From positions 252-64,251 of the IMG/VR virus record IMGVR_UViG_2852304943_000002: a stretch of DNA of 64,000 nt; one strand, 5' to 3'. Every line of letters starts with the position of its first letter. Position 1 is the stretch's first letter. Positions 20,140 through 29,577 of the stretch are shown here, one piece after another. The notes under the pieces are model-generated. The model ran no database searches. It saw only the letters and a program-made list of their open reading frames with translations, and was not told where the DNA came from. The position numbers were made by a program, and so were the translations under genes. The DNA is from a virus (Duplodnaviria; Caudoviricetes).

Positions 20140-21524
20140 TGAACCAAGTTCCGAATAATTTAATGGCGGAACAAAATGTTATTGGAGGACTACTGCTTGA
20201 CCCGCAAAGTGATAATGCGCAATCAATTTTTTCACTGCTAAAACCTGAAGATTTTTATGCCCGACACCATCAAATTATTTATCTCACCCTGCGAGAAATG
20301 TATACTCAACGTATGCCAATAGACATCATGACGGTGACGGATTGTCTGGAGTCAAAAGGCCGAATTAATCAATCAGGTGGTTTTGCCTATCTTGCTGAGA
20401 TGGCAAGAGAAACACCGAGTATTGCTAACATTATGGCTTATGCGAAAAAAATCCGAGAGTGTTCCGCACAGCGTTTTGTTATCGAAAAGACGGTTGAAAT
20501 TCAAAAGCTCATGATGGCGCCAAGTGAGTTAGGTTTTACAGATAAAATTGAACAAGCACAACGCTTGCTTGATGAAGCTACTTCGTTTGGAAAAATGGGG
20601 AGAAAAACAGGGTTACGCCGAATTGATGATGTGCTGGATGATGTTTTTACCGACATTTGTGATCGACAAGATAACCCAGAGAAACATCGAGGATTAAAAA
20701 CGGGATTTAAAGATTTTGACCGTCTATTAAGCCCGAAACAGATTGTCATAGGCTCACTGTTCGTGATTGGTGCTCGTCCAAAGATGGGAAAAACAACCGT
20801 TCTCACTGAAATGGCAAAAAATGTCTCACAACAAGGTAAGCCTGTATTACTGTTCAGCATGGAAATGACGGATAAACAGCTTGTTGAACGGACACTAGCC
20901 CAACAAACCCAGATTAATTCAGATAAATTTTACCAAAAGTTAGAAGAGCATGAATGGGATAGGCTTTGCAATGCCATCGGTCGCCTTAAAGATGAGCCCA
21001 ATATTTGGGTGGATGATACACCAGGTATGTCCTTACAGCATATTCGCTCTGAAAGTCGGAAAATTAAACGCAAAGTCGGTGATATTGGGTTCATTGGTGT
21101 CGATTACCTCACGCTGATGCAAGCGGGAAAAGCTGACCGTAATGACATTGCCTATGGTGAAATCACTAAGGGGCTAAAAATATTAGCAAAAGAGCTCAAT
21201 ACGGTGGTTGTGTTGCTTGTACAACTGAATCGAGGATTGGAAAACAGAGCTGATAAACGCCCCGTACCAAGTGATTCAAGAGACACAGGACAAATCGAGC
21301 AAGATTGTGATTATTGGTTAGGCATTTATCGTGATGCGGTGTACCACGATAATGCAGATGAAACGCTGACCGAGATGATTTTAAGGCTCAATCGGCACGG
21401 TAAAACAGGCACGGTGTATGTTGACCAACAAGGATTGAGTATTACACCAGTTGATCAATATATGGCTGCTTATCGCGCTCAACCGAAACGAGAGCCTAAA
21501 AGGTATTGTGAAAAATCGTTTTAA
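20136..21524 (+). CDS. Phage DnaB-like replicative helicase
   Basis: GARPKMGKTT, FSMEM, VDYLTLM, QLNRGLE, IEQDCD. Confidence 0.95.
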   Translation: MMNQVPNNLMAEQNVIGGLLLDPQSDNAQSIFSLLKPEDFYARHHQIIYLTLREMYTQRMPIDIMTVTDCLESKGRINQSGGFAYLAEMARETPSIANIMAYAKKIRECSAQRFVIEKTVEIQKLMMAPSELGFTDKIEQAQRLLDEATSFGKMGRKTGLRRIDDVLDDVFTDICDRQDNPEKHRGLKTGFKDFDRLLSPKQIVIGSLFVIGARPKMGKTTVLTEMAKNVSQQGKPVLLFSMEMTDKQLVERTLAQQTQINSDKFYQKLEEHEWDRLCNAIGRLKDEPNIWVDDTPGMSLQHIRSESRKIKRKVGDIGFIGVDYLTLMQAGKADRNDIAYGEITKGLKILAKELNTVVVLLVQLNRGLENRADKRPVPSDSRDTGQIEQDCDYWLGIYRDAVYHDNADETLTEMILRLNRHGKTGTVYVDQQGLSITPVDQYMAAYRAQPKREPKRYCEKSF

Positions 21525-21549
21525 CTCATGAAAGTAAAAAGGAGACCTC

Positions 21550-21999
21550 GTGACAGATGATATCTGTCTCCATAAATCCAATCTCAACAGTATTTTCAAA
21601 GTGCTCTCCGAAATCGTGACAACAGGTAAACGCTATCGCATCAAAATCACCGAGTGGCGTGATTTAAGAACCATACCCATGAATAAAACATGGCGTATGT
21701 GGATGGAAACCACAGGCGAGTGGTTACGTGCACGTGGCGTTGTTATCGATATTAAAAATGGTGTCGGTGAAATCGTTTTATCAAAGCCCATTACTAATGA
21801 GGAAACGCATGAATATTTCGTTGGACACTGGTTAGGGCGCAATGAAAACGGTGAGCGTGAAGAAACCAGCAAGATGGATAAAGCAAGGATGCTTTACATG
21901 ATGGAGAAACATGAACAATGGTGCATTGAGAAGGGAATTCCGATCATCATTCCTCGTAACTCTGAATATATAAGTTTGAAAAGAAAGCAAGAAGAATAG
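21550..21999 (+). CDS. NinB/YbcN-like protein
   Basis: nin-region position; RT..MN..W motif, ETSKM. Confidence 0.55.
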   Translation: MTDDICLHKSNLNSIFKVLSEIVTTGKRYRIKITEWRDLRTIPMNKTWRMWMETTGEWLRARGVVIDIKNGVGEIVLSKPITNEETHEYFVGHWLGRNENGEREETSKMDKARMLYMMEKHEQWCIEKGIPIIIPRNSEYISLKRKQEE

Positions 22000-22077
22000 G
22001 AAATAGTGATGATTATTTCAGTTAATAACATGATCGTTTTTATTTTAAAGTGATAAAAAATAGTAATCAGGAGGCTC

Positions 22078-22368
22078 ATGATGAATTTACGCAATGAGGC
22101 AAAAGGGCGTGAATGTCAGATTAGAATACCTTCAGTTTGTAATGGTAACTCTGAAACGGTTGTTTTAGCCCATTACAGAATGTCAGGTCTTTGTGGCGTC
22201 GGAATAAAATCGCATGACTTATTTGGCGCTTGGGCTTGTAGTGCATGTCACGATGAAGTTGATAGACGAACACGATTTACGGATATGGAGTATGCAAAAC
22301 AATGTCATCTAGAAGGTGTTTTGAGAACGCAAGCCATATTGATCCAAGAAGGGAAGTTGAACGTGTGA
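22078..22368 (+). CDS. DUF1364 (YbcO-like) protein
   Basis: AKGRECQIRIPSVC, VLAHYR, ACSACHDEVD. Confidence 0.85.
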   Translation: MMNLRNEAKGRECQIRIPSVCNGNSETVVLAHYRMSGLCGVGIKSHDLFGAWACSACHDEVDRRTRFTDMEYAKQCHLEGVLRTQAILIQEGKLNV

Positions 22369-22721
22369 AGGTCTTTAATATCGAACCAGTACCTAAACCA
22401 AGGATGACTCAGGCTGATAAATGGAAAAAACGTCCCCCAGTTTTAAAGTATTTTGCGTTTAAGGACGAAGTAAAGTTAAACAAAATCACCCTACCTGAAT
22501 CACATTACCACATTACATTCATTCTACCCATGCCGAAGAGTTGGAGTAAAACTAAACGCTCCGAAATGAACGGTAAACCCCATCAACAAAAACCGGATAA
22601 AGATAATCTCGAAAAAGCATTACTTGATGCTATTTTTGACGATGATTCACGTGTATGGGATGGGCGGGTAACAAAAGTGTGGGGAAAAAGGGGGCAGATA
22701 ATTATCCAAGAGGTGCGATAG
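22365..22721 (+). CDS. rusA: RusA-family Holliday junction resolvase
   Basis: PVPKPRMT, KPDKDNLEKALLDA, DDSRV. Confidence 0.85.
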   Translation: MKVFNIEPVPKPRMTQADKWKKRPPVLKYFAFKDEVKLNKITLPESHYHITFILPMPKSWSKTKRSEMNGKPHQQKPDKDNLEKALLDAIFDDDSRVWDGRVTKVWGKRGQIIIQEVR

Positions 22722-23353
22722 TGAATATTGAGTGGATACGCGAGCGAGTAAGTACAGCGTTGATGAATGTTTGTATTATAGAAAATGGGCCGTTAAGTAC
22801 CATGGAGGAACAAGCAATACTTGTAACCGATAGGTTTAAAAGAAACCCAATACGCTATGCGGGTGAAAGAAAGTCTCGATACAGACTCCCCTCACATCCA
22901 CTCAAAATTAAGCAAAAACATGCCAAAGGAAAATCAAAACCATTAATTAATGAAGTTACTTATCGCACTTCATCATGGCGCAGAGGTATTCATCAATTGC
23001 CTAACGAAATGCGCTTATGGTTACTCTATTGCTATGGTGATTATCAATATTATCGTGAGCAAATACTCATTGTTCCCTATATTTGGCATGAGTTTCAGCG
23101 ATTAAATAGTAAAAAAAGGATAACGAAAAAAGTTAAGCAACGACTTCAATCTCTTACCTTACTAGCCATTCAGGCGGTAAAAGCAGAAATTAATCAAACA
23201 GCAAAAAAATATACGGATGTTAAGCTCGCTGGATTGTTGGGCGTCAGTGCTGATGCTTGGCGAAAGAGCTATAAACTGTATTGGATTTGTTTATTAGATT
23301 GTTGCTATCAATTAGATAGAGATTCGCTATTCAAAATTAGCGCTTTAAGCTGA
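22721..23353 (+). CDS. Late antiterminator Q
   Basis: Last nin-region gene; SSWRR, WLLYCYG, C-terminal HTH; followed by pR'-like promoter and terminator. Confidence 0.8.
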   Translation: MNIEWIRERVSTALMNVCIIENGPLSTMEEQAILVTDRFKRNPIRYAGERKSRYRLPSHPLKIKQKHAKGKSKPLINEVTYRTSSWRRGIHQLPNEMRLWLLYCYGDYQYYREQILIVPYIWHEFQRLNSKKRITKKVKQRLQSLTLLAIQAVKAEINQTAKKYTDVKLAGLLGVSADAWRKSYKLYWICLLDCCYQLDRDSLFKISALS

Positions 23354-23431
23354 TTAAAAAAGTTGCAAAACTCCGTTTTTTTCTATAAATTAAATGCAAT
23401 ATTTATATAATATTATAAATGTAAGTATTTC

Positions 23432-23464
23432 AAACCTCGCTTCGGCGGGGTTTTGTTTTTTTTT
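23432..23464 (+). terminator. tR'-like terminator
   Basis: aacctcgc-ttcg-gcggggtt plus T-tract. Confidence 0.7.
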
Positions 23465-23664
23465 AAAATATATTTATAATTATTAATTAAAAAATTTGTT
23501 GGAAGTTTTTCGTTTTCATTGATTGTTTGTTTATATTTAAGATGAAATTTATTGTTATCCTATAAGAATAAACCTGCAGTGTTTAACTAATAATTAAAAT
23601 AATAAACAGGTATTCTTATCTCTACTATACTCATAATATTCAATTTATAGAGCGAGTATATATA

Positions 23665-24186
23665 ATGATTGATTTGTTTAAGTTAACGAAAAAAAGTTCT
23701 AGGCATATTGGTATAGCAATATATGTTGGTATTATAGCGGGTATCTTTTCAGCTTTAGTTAAATCTGGTTTTGAAGACCTAATTCCCCCGAGAACACTTG
23801 AAACGACACCCCCGCCAGTCGTCTTACTCGAAAAGCTTGGATTAAATATAGATACTATGACTTATCATTGGATGGGATATAGTATTAATTGGGGCGGTAA
23901 TGGTGTTCATATATTATTCTCAATAGTTATCGCTGTGACATATTGTGTTATTGCTGAATTCTTGCCAAAGGTTAAATTATTACACGGTATTTGTTTTGGT
24001 ATTGGCGTTTCTGTTTTTGCTCATGGTTTAGTCGTACCTCTACTAGGATTGTCTGGCTGGCTTTGGACAGCAGGTTATCAAGCATTAATTTCTGAGTTTG
24101 TTGGAACCGCTTTTTGGATCTGGTCAATTGAAGCGATTAGACAAAATTTGCGTTATTGTTTAACTAAAGAAAATGATGCTGAGTAG
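23665..24186 (+). CDS. YagU/DUF1440 inner-membrane protein (moron)
   Basis: GIIAGIFSALVKSG.E..PPR, H..FSI, SE..G..FW.W.IE..R; own terminator near 24227. Confidence 0.8.
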   Translation: MIDLFKLTKKSSRHIGIAIYVGIIAGIFSALVKSGFEDLIPPRTLETTPPPVVLLEKLGLNIDTMTYHWMGYSINWGGNGVHILFSIVIAVTYCVIAEFLPKVKLLHGICFGIGVSVFAHGLVVPLLGLSGWLWTAGYQALISEFVGTAFWIWSIEAIRQNLRYCLTKENDAE

Positions 24187-24344
24187 ATAAGGAAGTTCAA
24201 CCTTAATCTGTTATAAATTTCTTAAAGATCGCTTAGGCGGTCTTTTTTCGTATATGCCGACCACAGAATCAATCACCCTCGTTATCACGTTCACACAAGA
24301 GCTGTGAGTCGGCACCTTATTAACTAAATAAATTGGTAAATGTT

Positions 24345-24767
24345 ATGTCAAAAGAGATAAGCGAATTACAGTTTAGTCTTCACTATGCCTCAGAAACAGA
24401 CAGTGAAAAGAATACCTCCATCATTTTAACGGCGAATATCCATACGGCTGATGGTGAAACTCAACAACTGACACAATTAATTTGCACGACATCTTCCGCA
24501 GGTAAAAAGCAATATCGAATCGGCTTGCAAAAAATTAGTGATGCTGGTGCTCCATTGCTGGTGGCGATTGAATCCTATTGGCGCAAAAACACACAAGAGA
24601 GTTGTGTTTATTTGTTAGAGAAAGCGAAGCAATTTATTCAAGGACACTTACAACAAACGAATACATGGATATCTATGTATGGTCTTGTGATTGTTTCTAA
24701 TGCGTCACTGGAAGAACAGTTGCCTGAAGGTTTATTAAAGGCACTTAAAGTATCAATCCCCGCCTAA
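24345..24767 (+). CDS. Hypothetical protein upstream of holin
   Basis: ~140-aa ORF. Confidence 0.6.
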   Translation: MSKEISELQFSLHYASETDSEKNTSIILTANIHTADGETQQLTQLICTTSSAGKKQYRIGLQKISDAGAPLLVAIESYWRKNTQESCVYLLEKAKQFIQGHLQQTNTWISMYGLVIVSNASLEEQLPEGLLKALKVSIPA

Positions 24768-24820
24768 TTTTTTTAACACTTTCACACTAATCATCAACGG
24801 ACACTCCTCTGGGGGTGACT

Positions 24821-25090
24821 ATGCGTATGGAAAAATTAACCAATGTAACTTATGGAACAGCAGGCCTAACGGCCTTTTTTGCCAGTCTTTCGTTATATGA
24901 ATGGGGATTTGTTATCGGGATGGCGTTCAGCATGGTTCTCGGTTTAGCCACTTACTTTATGACTCGTCGAGAACAACGAAAACGCACTCAATTATTTGAA
25001 AAGCTTGTTCGTCATGTTGACCCACAAAACCCGACCGAAACCTTAAAAAAGCTTGCTGAATTAATGGTGAAAGCGCCAAAGGATATTTAA
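24821..25090 (+). CDS. Holin (Met-Arg-Met dual-start-like)
   Basis: Two TM segments, charged C-terminus, coupled to the lysozyme gene. Confidence 0.8.
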   Translation: MRMEKLTNVTYGTAGLTAFFASLSLYEWGFVIGMAFSMVLGLATYFMTRREQRKRTQLFEKLVRHVDPQNPTETLKKLAELMVKAPKDI

Positions 25091-25560
25091 TGTCTCTCAA
25101 ACAGAAAATAGCGGTGATAACAACAGCAGGAGCAACAGCCATCGCGTTAGTAGTAATAGCCCATTTTGAAGGTGTACGTTATGAACCTTATCGTGATGTG
25201 GCAGGTGTTCTAACTGTTTGTTATGGACATACAGGCAAAGACATTATTCAAGGCAAGAGATACACACAACAAGAATGTGATGCGTTATTACAAATCGATT
25301 TTATTAAGACACAACAGCAAGTCGATGCATTAATCAAAGTATCACTCGATGACTACACCAAAGCTGCTTTATATTCCTTTGCTTTTAATGTGGGTACAAC
25401 CGCATTTGCTCGCTCAACATTACTCAAGAAGCTAAACGCTGGTGATAGAGCGGGTGCCTGTGAAGAAATGAAACGTTGGATATATGCAGGCGGAAAGGTC
25501 TGGCGAGGGCTTGTCAGTCGTCGAGAGGCGGAGTCAGCACTATGTCATGGAAAACTTTAA
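25090..25560 (+). CDS. SAR endolysin (GH24 lysozyme)
   Basis: Hydrophobic N-terminal SAR; FEG..PYRDVAGVLTVCYGHTG (E-D-T triad). Confidence 0.92.
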   Translation: MSLKQKIAVITTAGATAIALVVIAHFEGVRYEPYRDVAGVLTVCYGHTGKDIIQGKRYTQQECDALLQIDFIKTQQQVDALIKVSLDDYTKAALYSFAFNVGTTAFARSTLLKKLNAGDRAGACEEMKRWIYAGGKVWRGLVSRREAESALCHGKL

Positions 25561-25700
25561 TCATCATTATCGGCTTTATTCTTGCATTACTCATTACAGT
25601 CGCTGGTGGCATTTATCTCTTGATTGATAACTCATGTACTAAAGACCAAGTGAGTTTAGAAAAGCGCTGTCAGATTGCACTCTCATATCATCGGTACTAA
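25542..25700 (+). CDS. 52-aa single-TM protein inside the lysis cassette
   Basis: GGAG RBS; MSWKTLIIIIGFILALLITVAGGIYLL... Confidence 0.55.
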   Translation: MSWKTLIIIIGFILALLITVAGGIYLLIDNSCTKDQVSLEKRCQIALSYHRY

Positions 25701-25702
25701 TC

Positions 25703-26164
25703 ATGAAATACGGAAAACTCTATGCCGTCATTGCGATGGTAGGCATTATTGTGGGAGGCTATTGGGTGATTAATTGGCAAGCTAACAGAATTAATCTATT
25801 AGTAGAAACAAACAAAGAACTAACGGAGGCTCTCGAAGAACAGAAGTCTATTAATACTGACTATCAAGCACGCATAATGCGATTAAATCAGTTGGATATT
25901 CAATATACGCAGGAGCTAGCGAATGCTAAGAATGAAATTAGTCACTTGCGTGATATTAGTGAGCGTCATCCAGAGCGGGTGTACATCAAAGCCGAGTGCC
26001 CCAAAGTCAAAACCACTCCCTCCACCAGCTTGGCTTATGCAACCACCGCCCGACCTACTGACACCGCTATCCGAAATTATTGGTTACTCAGAGAGCGAAT
26101 TGCAGAGTCAGAACAGATGATTAAAGGGTTGCAGGATTATATCAAACAAGAATGCATGGAATAA
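25703..26164 (+). CDS. Rz-like i-spanin
   Basis: N-terminal TM, coiled coil, GLQDYIKQEC end. Confidence 0.88.
   Translation: MKYGKLYAVIAMVGIIVGGYWVINWQANRINLLVETNKELTEALEEQKSINTDYQARIMRLNQLDIQYTQELANAKNEISHLRDISERHPERVYIKAECPKVKTTPSTSLAYATTARPTDTAIRNYWLLRERIAESEQMIKGLQDYIKQECME
25932..26120 (+). CDS. Rz1-like o-spanin lipoprotein nested in Rz
   Basis: Lipobox QSGC, Pro-rich PPPPAWLMQPPPDLL. Confidence 0.8.
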   Translation: MKLVTCVILVSVIQSGCTSKPSAPKSKPLPPPAWLMQPPPDLLTPLSEIIGYSESELQSQNR

Positions 26165-26510
26165 AAAAAGCCCAGCATGGGTGCATGGGCAAACTAACAG
26201 GATATTAATCAAAGTATAGTGATAATTACTTAGTATAGCTTAAGTAAATATATATATCAGCAATTAGATAAGTCGTTTATCCATTAAGGAGAGTGATCAT
26301 ATCTTGACTGCTAGGAACAGACTAGAAGTGGCTTGGCAGTGTATCGCTAAGCTGCGAACTCTACGCATTTCATTCTGTGCATTCACCGCGCAATTAAAAA
26401 CACTCACAGAACCTTACAGAAAGTCGAACCTGAGAAAAACCGTTAATGGTGTTTTCTGTGGGGCGGTTATTTCTGGTGAACAGGTTCGCTTTTCTATAAG
26501 GATTTACACC

Positions 26511-27095
26511 ATGAGCAAATCATTAGTTTTCAAAGGTAATGAAATTACTCCATTTGATAATGGTGATAATAAGATTTGGTTTACCAGCTCTCAGATGGCT
26601 AAGCTACTCGAATACAAAAATGAGAAGTCAGTAACCAATCTATATAACGCCAACAAAGACGAGTTTTCTGATGATATGACAATGGTCACTGAAACAATGA
26701 CCAATGGAATAAACAACAACTTACGTAAGAAAAAGGTCAGGATCTTCTCTGTTAGAGGTGCACATCTAATCGGAATGTTAGCTAATACAGATGTAGCGAA
26801 ATCCTTGCGTCGATGGTTACTTGATCTAGCTGAAAAAGAGTCAAAACCACAAACAGGGTTAGCAAACCTTGACATGAATGAGCTTAAAACCCTGACTATC
26901 AATGAGATGCAAAATAGATTAGTAGCAGCCGATAACTGGTCGTTCGAGAACTTTGGCAGGAAAGGTAGTGACTTAATGAATTTACGCAAGCGTCACTTAA
27001 AGAAAATACGCAAAGCGAAGAAGGCAATTAAAGAACTATCACAATTAACCTTGCCTGATATGGGCGAATTTCCAGATGGAGAAGAGCCAGCATGA
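26511..27095 (+). CDS. Bro-N/antirepressor-like DNA-binding protein
   Basis: IWFTSSQMAKLLEY, NKDEFS, VRIFSVRGAHLIGM, RRWLLD. Confidence 0.75.
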   Translation: MSKSLVFKGNEITPFDNGDNKIWFTSSQMAKLLEYKNEKSVTNLYNANKDEFSDDMTMVTETMTNGINNNLRKKKVRIFSVRGAHLIGMLANTDVAKSLRRWLLDLAEKESKPQTGLANLDMNELKTLTINEMQNRLVAADNWSFENFGRKGSDLMNLRKRHLKKIRKAKKAIKELSQLTLPDMGEFPDGEEPA

Positions 27096-27298
27096 ACCAC
27101 GAACAATTCATAGAGCAGAACGTACTAGCCGAGTTAAAAAAGCTCGGCTTTTCTTTACCTGTTTGTCGTAGAGCAAGTTACATGGCGGTAGATCATTATC
27201 GCCGAAGCTCTCAAGCAAGTAGAAAAGGGCGAATGTTTGACGACTGCTTACATATTGCCAAAGTGTGGGCGAGTAAGTTCGCTAAGGAGAAAGTATGA
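27092..27298 (+). CDS. Phage hypothetical protein
   Basis: ATGA-coupled ORF. Confidence 0.6.
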   Translation: MNHEQFIEQNVLAELKKLGFSLPVCRRASYMAVDHYRRSSQASRKGRMFDDCLHIAKVWASKFAKEKV

Positions 27299-27453
27299 CC
27301 AAACAAGAAAAAGCAAACTTATCCATTCTCTATCGTCAATTACAGCAATCACTTGAATACTTACACTGTGGAAGAGTTGATGATGGGAGAATAGTTGCTG
27401 AAATCGTCGAGCGCGAGTTAGGCAAGTTAGTCAACAAACAGAAAACCAAATAG
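27295..27453 (+). CDS. 52-aa hypothetical protein (not in ORF track)
   Basis: AAGGAG RBS, ATGA overlap. Confidence 0.5.
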   Translation: MTKQEKANLSILYRQLQQSLEYLHCGRVDDGRIVAEIVERELGKLVNKQKTK

Positions 27454-27480
27454 GCCCTAGCGGCCTTTTTTATTTAAGGA

Positions 27481-28089
27481 ATGGATATGGCTAAAAGACC
27501 AGATTGGGAGGCCATCGAGTCGGCTTACCGAGCTGGCGTGATGTCCATAAGGGAAATAGCCTCTCAATACGAGATAACCCATCAGGCGATAAGTAAGCGT
27601 GCCAAGAAAGAAGGATGGGAGCGAGATTTAAAGGCAAAGGTTAAGGCTAGGGCTGAAAACTTGGTTGCCAAAAGGGAGGTTGCCAGTCTGGTTGCCACCG
27701 AAAAGGCTATTTCAGAACGGCAACTTATTGAGGCTAATGCCGAGGTTATCGCTAATGTCCGCATGGAGCATAGAGGCGATATTCGAAGGGCTAGAGAATT
27801 AACCAACAACTTATTTGATGAACTATCTGCTGAATGTGCTGATGTGCCAGCCTTAAGAAAACTTGGCGAGTTAATGTTTAGTCCTGATGATAACGGACGC
27901 GATAAACTCAATGAAATTTATCATTCAATCATATCTCTCCCTGAGCGCGTTAAGTCAGCCAAAGCATTAAGTGAAACACTCAAAAACTTGGTTGGGCTTG
28001 AGCGTCAAGCATACGGCCTTGATGATGTTCAGCCGAATAAGACAGCTAGTCAGCTATCAGAACTAATGGACGACTTATCTAAGGAATAA
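27481..28089 (+). CDS. Terminase small subunit
   Basis: PDWEAIESAYRAG HTH; precedes terL. Confidence 0.8.
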   Translation: MDMAKRPDWEAIESAYRAGVMSIREIASQYEITHQAISKRAKKEGWERDLKAKVKARAENLVAKREVASLVATEKAISERQLIEANAEVIANVRMEHRGDIRRARELTNNLFDELSAECADVPALRKLGELMFSPDDNGRDKLNEIYHSIISLPERVKSAKALSETLKNLVGLERQAYGLDDVQPNKTASQLSELMDDLSKE

Positions 28090-28091
28090 TC

Positions 28092-29576
28092 ATGAAGCCA
28101 GAACATCTTGCATTATTAAGAGATAAGCTCTGGCGATTGAATCACCTCTACTGGATCACAAACAAAGAAGGTAAGCCAGTTCGATTTAAAATGACGCCTG
28201 AGCAACTCGAATATTTTGAAGGGATGCACACGCGAAACATTATCCTGAAAGCTCGTCAGCTTGGCTTTACTACAGAAGTCTGCATTATCCAATTAGACGC
28301 AGCGTTATTTGAGGCGGCTAAATGTGCATTGATAGCCCACACACTTAACGATGCTAAGCGACTATTCAGGGAAAAGATAAAGTATGCCTATGACAAGCTA
28401 CCCGATGAAATCAAAGCGGCTAACCCAGCGAGTAATGATGCGGTTGGTGAGTTGGTGTTTAGCAAAGGCGGCTCGCTTTATATCAGCACGTCATTTCGTG
28501 GCGGTACACTCCGTTATTTGCACGTTTCTGAGTTCGGTAAGATATGTGCTAAGTATCCAGAGAAAGCCCGTGAGATTGTCACTGGCGCATTTGAGGCGGT
28601 ATCAAGCGATTGTTTTACGACGATTGAAAGCACAGCGGAGGGTCGAGCAGGTTATTTCTTCGATTATTGCCAGTCTGCTGAGAAAGCGCAAATTCAGAAT
28701 AAGACTCTCTCTAACCTAGACTGGAAGTTCTTTTTCTTCTCATGGTGGAAGAATCCAGAGTATGCCATTAACCCTGTTGAGCCATTACCCCAGCGGTTAG
28801 TTGATTACTTTGATGAGATAGCCAGCAAACATGGTGTTCAATTAAATGAGCGCCAGAAAGCATGGTATTACGCCAAAGAGAAAACGCTTGGCGACGATAT
28901 GAAACGGGAATATCCGTCAATACCGTCTGAGGCATTCCAACAATCGGTTGAAGGCGCTTACTACGCCAAGCAGTTCCGCTTCCTGTACGAAAATAAACGC
29001 ATTGGCACACTTCCTGATAACTCGCACTTACCGGTTCACACGTACTGGGATATTGGTGTGGGTGACTCAACGTCAATTTGGTTTATTCGTGAAGTGGGCG
29101 AGGAGTTCCACATTATAGACCACTACTCAAACAGTGGTGAAGGTCTACGGCACTACATGAAAGTACTGAAAGACAAAGGCTACACATATGCAAGTCACAA
29201 TGGCCCTCATGATATCGATAACCGTGAGTTTGGCTCGGATGCGAAATCTCGGCGTGAATTAGCGCGTGAGGGGTACGAAATCGACGGACAAATTTACTCA
29301 ATCCGATTTGAAGTAGTGCCGAAGCTTTCAGTTGATGAAGGTATCGAGGCAGTACGTGAAATTCTGCCACTTTGCGTGTTTGATGAGCATAAATGTAGTG
29401 AAGGCATTGCTCATCTAGAAGCTTATCGTAAAGAGTGGGATGACAAGCGAGGCTGTTGGAAAGATAAACCGCTTCACGATTACACGTCACATGATGCTGA
29501 TGGATTTAGATATTTTGCAGTGAGTCGAAGAAATACTAAACGGTTGACTAAGAAAATAGAATTTAACTGGAACTAA
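28092..29576 (+). CDS. Terminase large subunit
   Basis: LKARQLGFTT, LHVSE, ESTAEG, WDIG..D, HD..SHDADGFRY. Confidence 0.93.
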   Translation: MKPEHLALLRDKLWRLNHLYWITNKEGKPVRFKMTPEQLEYFEGMHTRNIILKARQLGFTTEVCIIQLDAALFEAAKCALIAHTLNDAKRLFREKIKYAYDKLPDEIKAANPASNDAVGELVFSKGGSLYISTSFRGGTLRYLHVSEFGKICAKYPEKAREIVTGAFEAVSSDCFTTIESTAEGRAGYFFDYCQSAEKAQIQNKTLSNLDWKFFFFSWWKNPEYAINPVEPLPQRLVDYFDEIASKHGVQLNERQKAWYYAKEKTLGDDMKREYPSIPSEAFQQSVEGAYYAKQFRFLYENKRIGTLPDNSHLPVHTYWDIGVGDSTSIWFIREVGEEFHIIDHYSNSGEGLRHYMKVLKDKGYTYASHNGPHDIDNREFGSDAKSRRELAREGYEIDGQIYSIRFEVVPKLSVDEGIEAVREILPLCVFDEHKCSEGIAHLEAYRKEWDDKRGCWKDKPLHDYTSHDADGFRYFAVSRRNTKRLTKKIEFNWN

Positions 29577-29577
29577 C

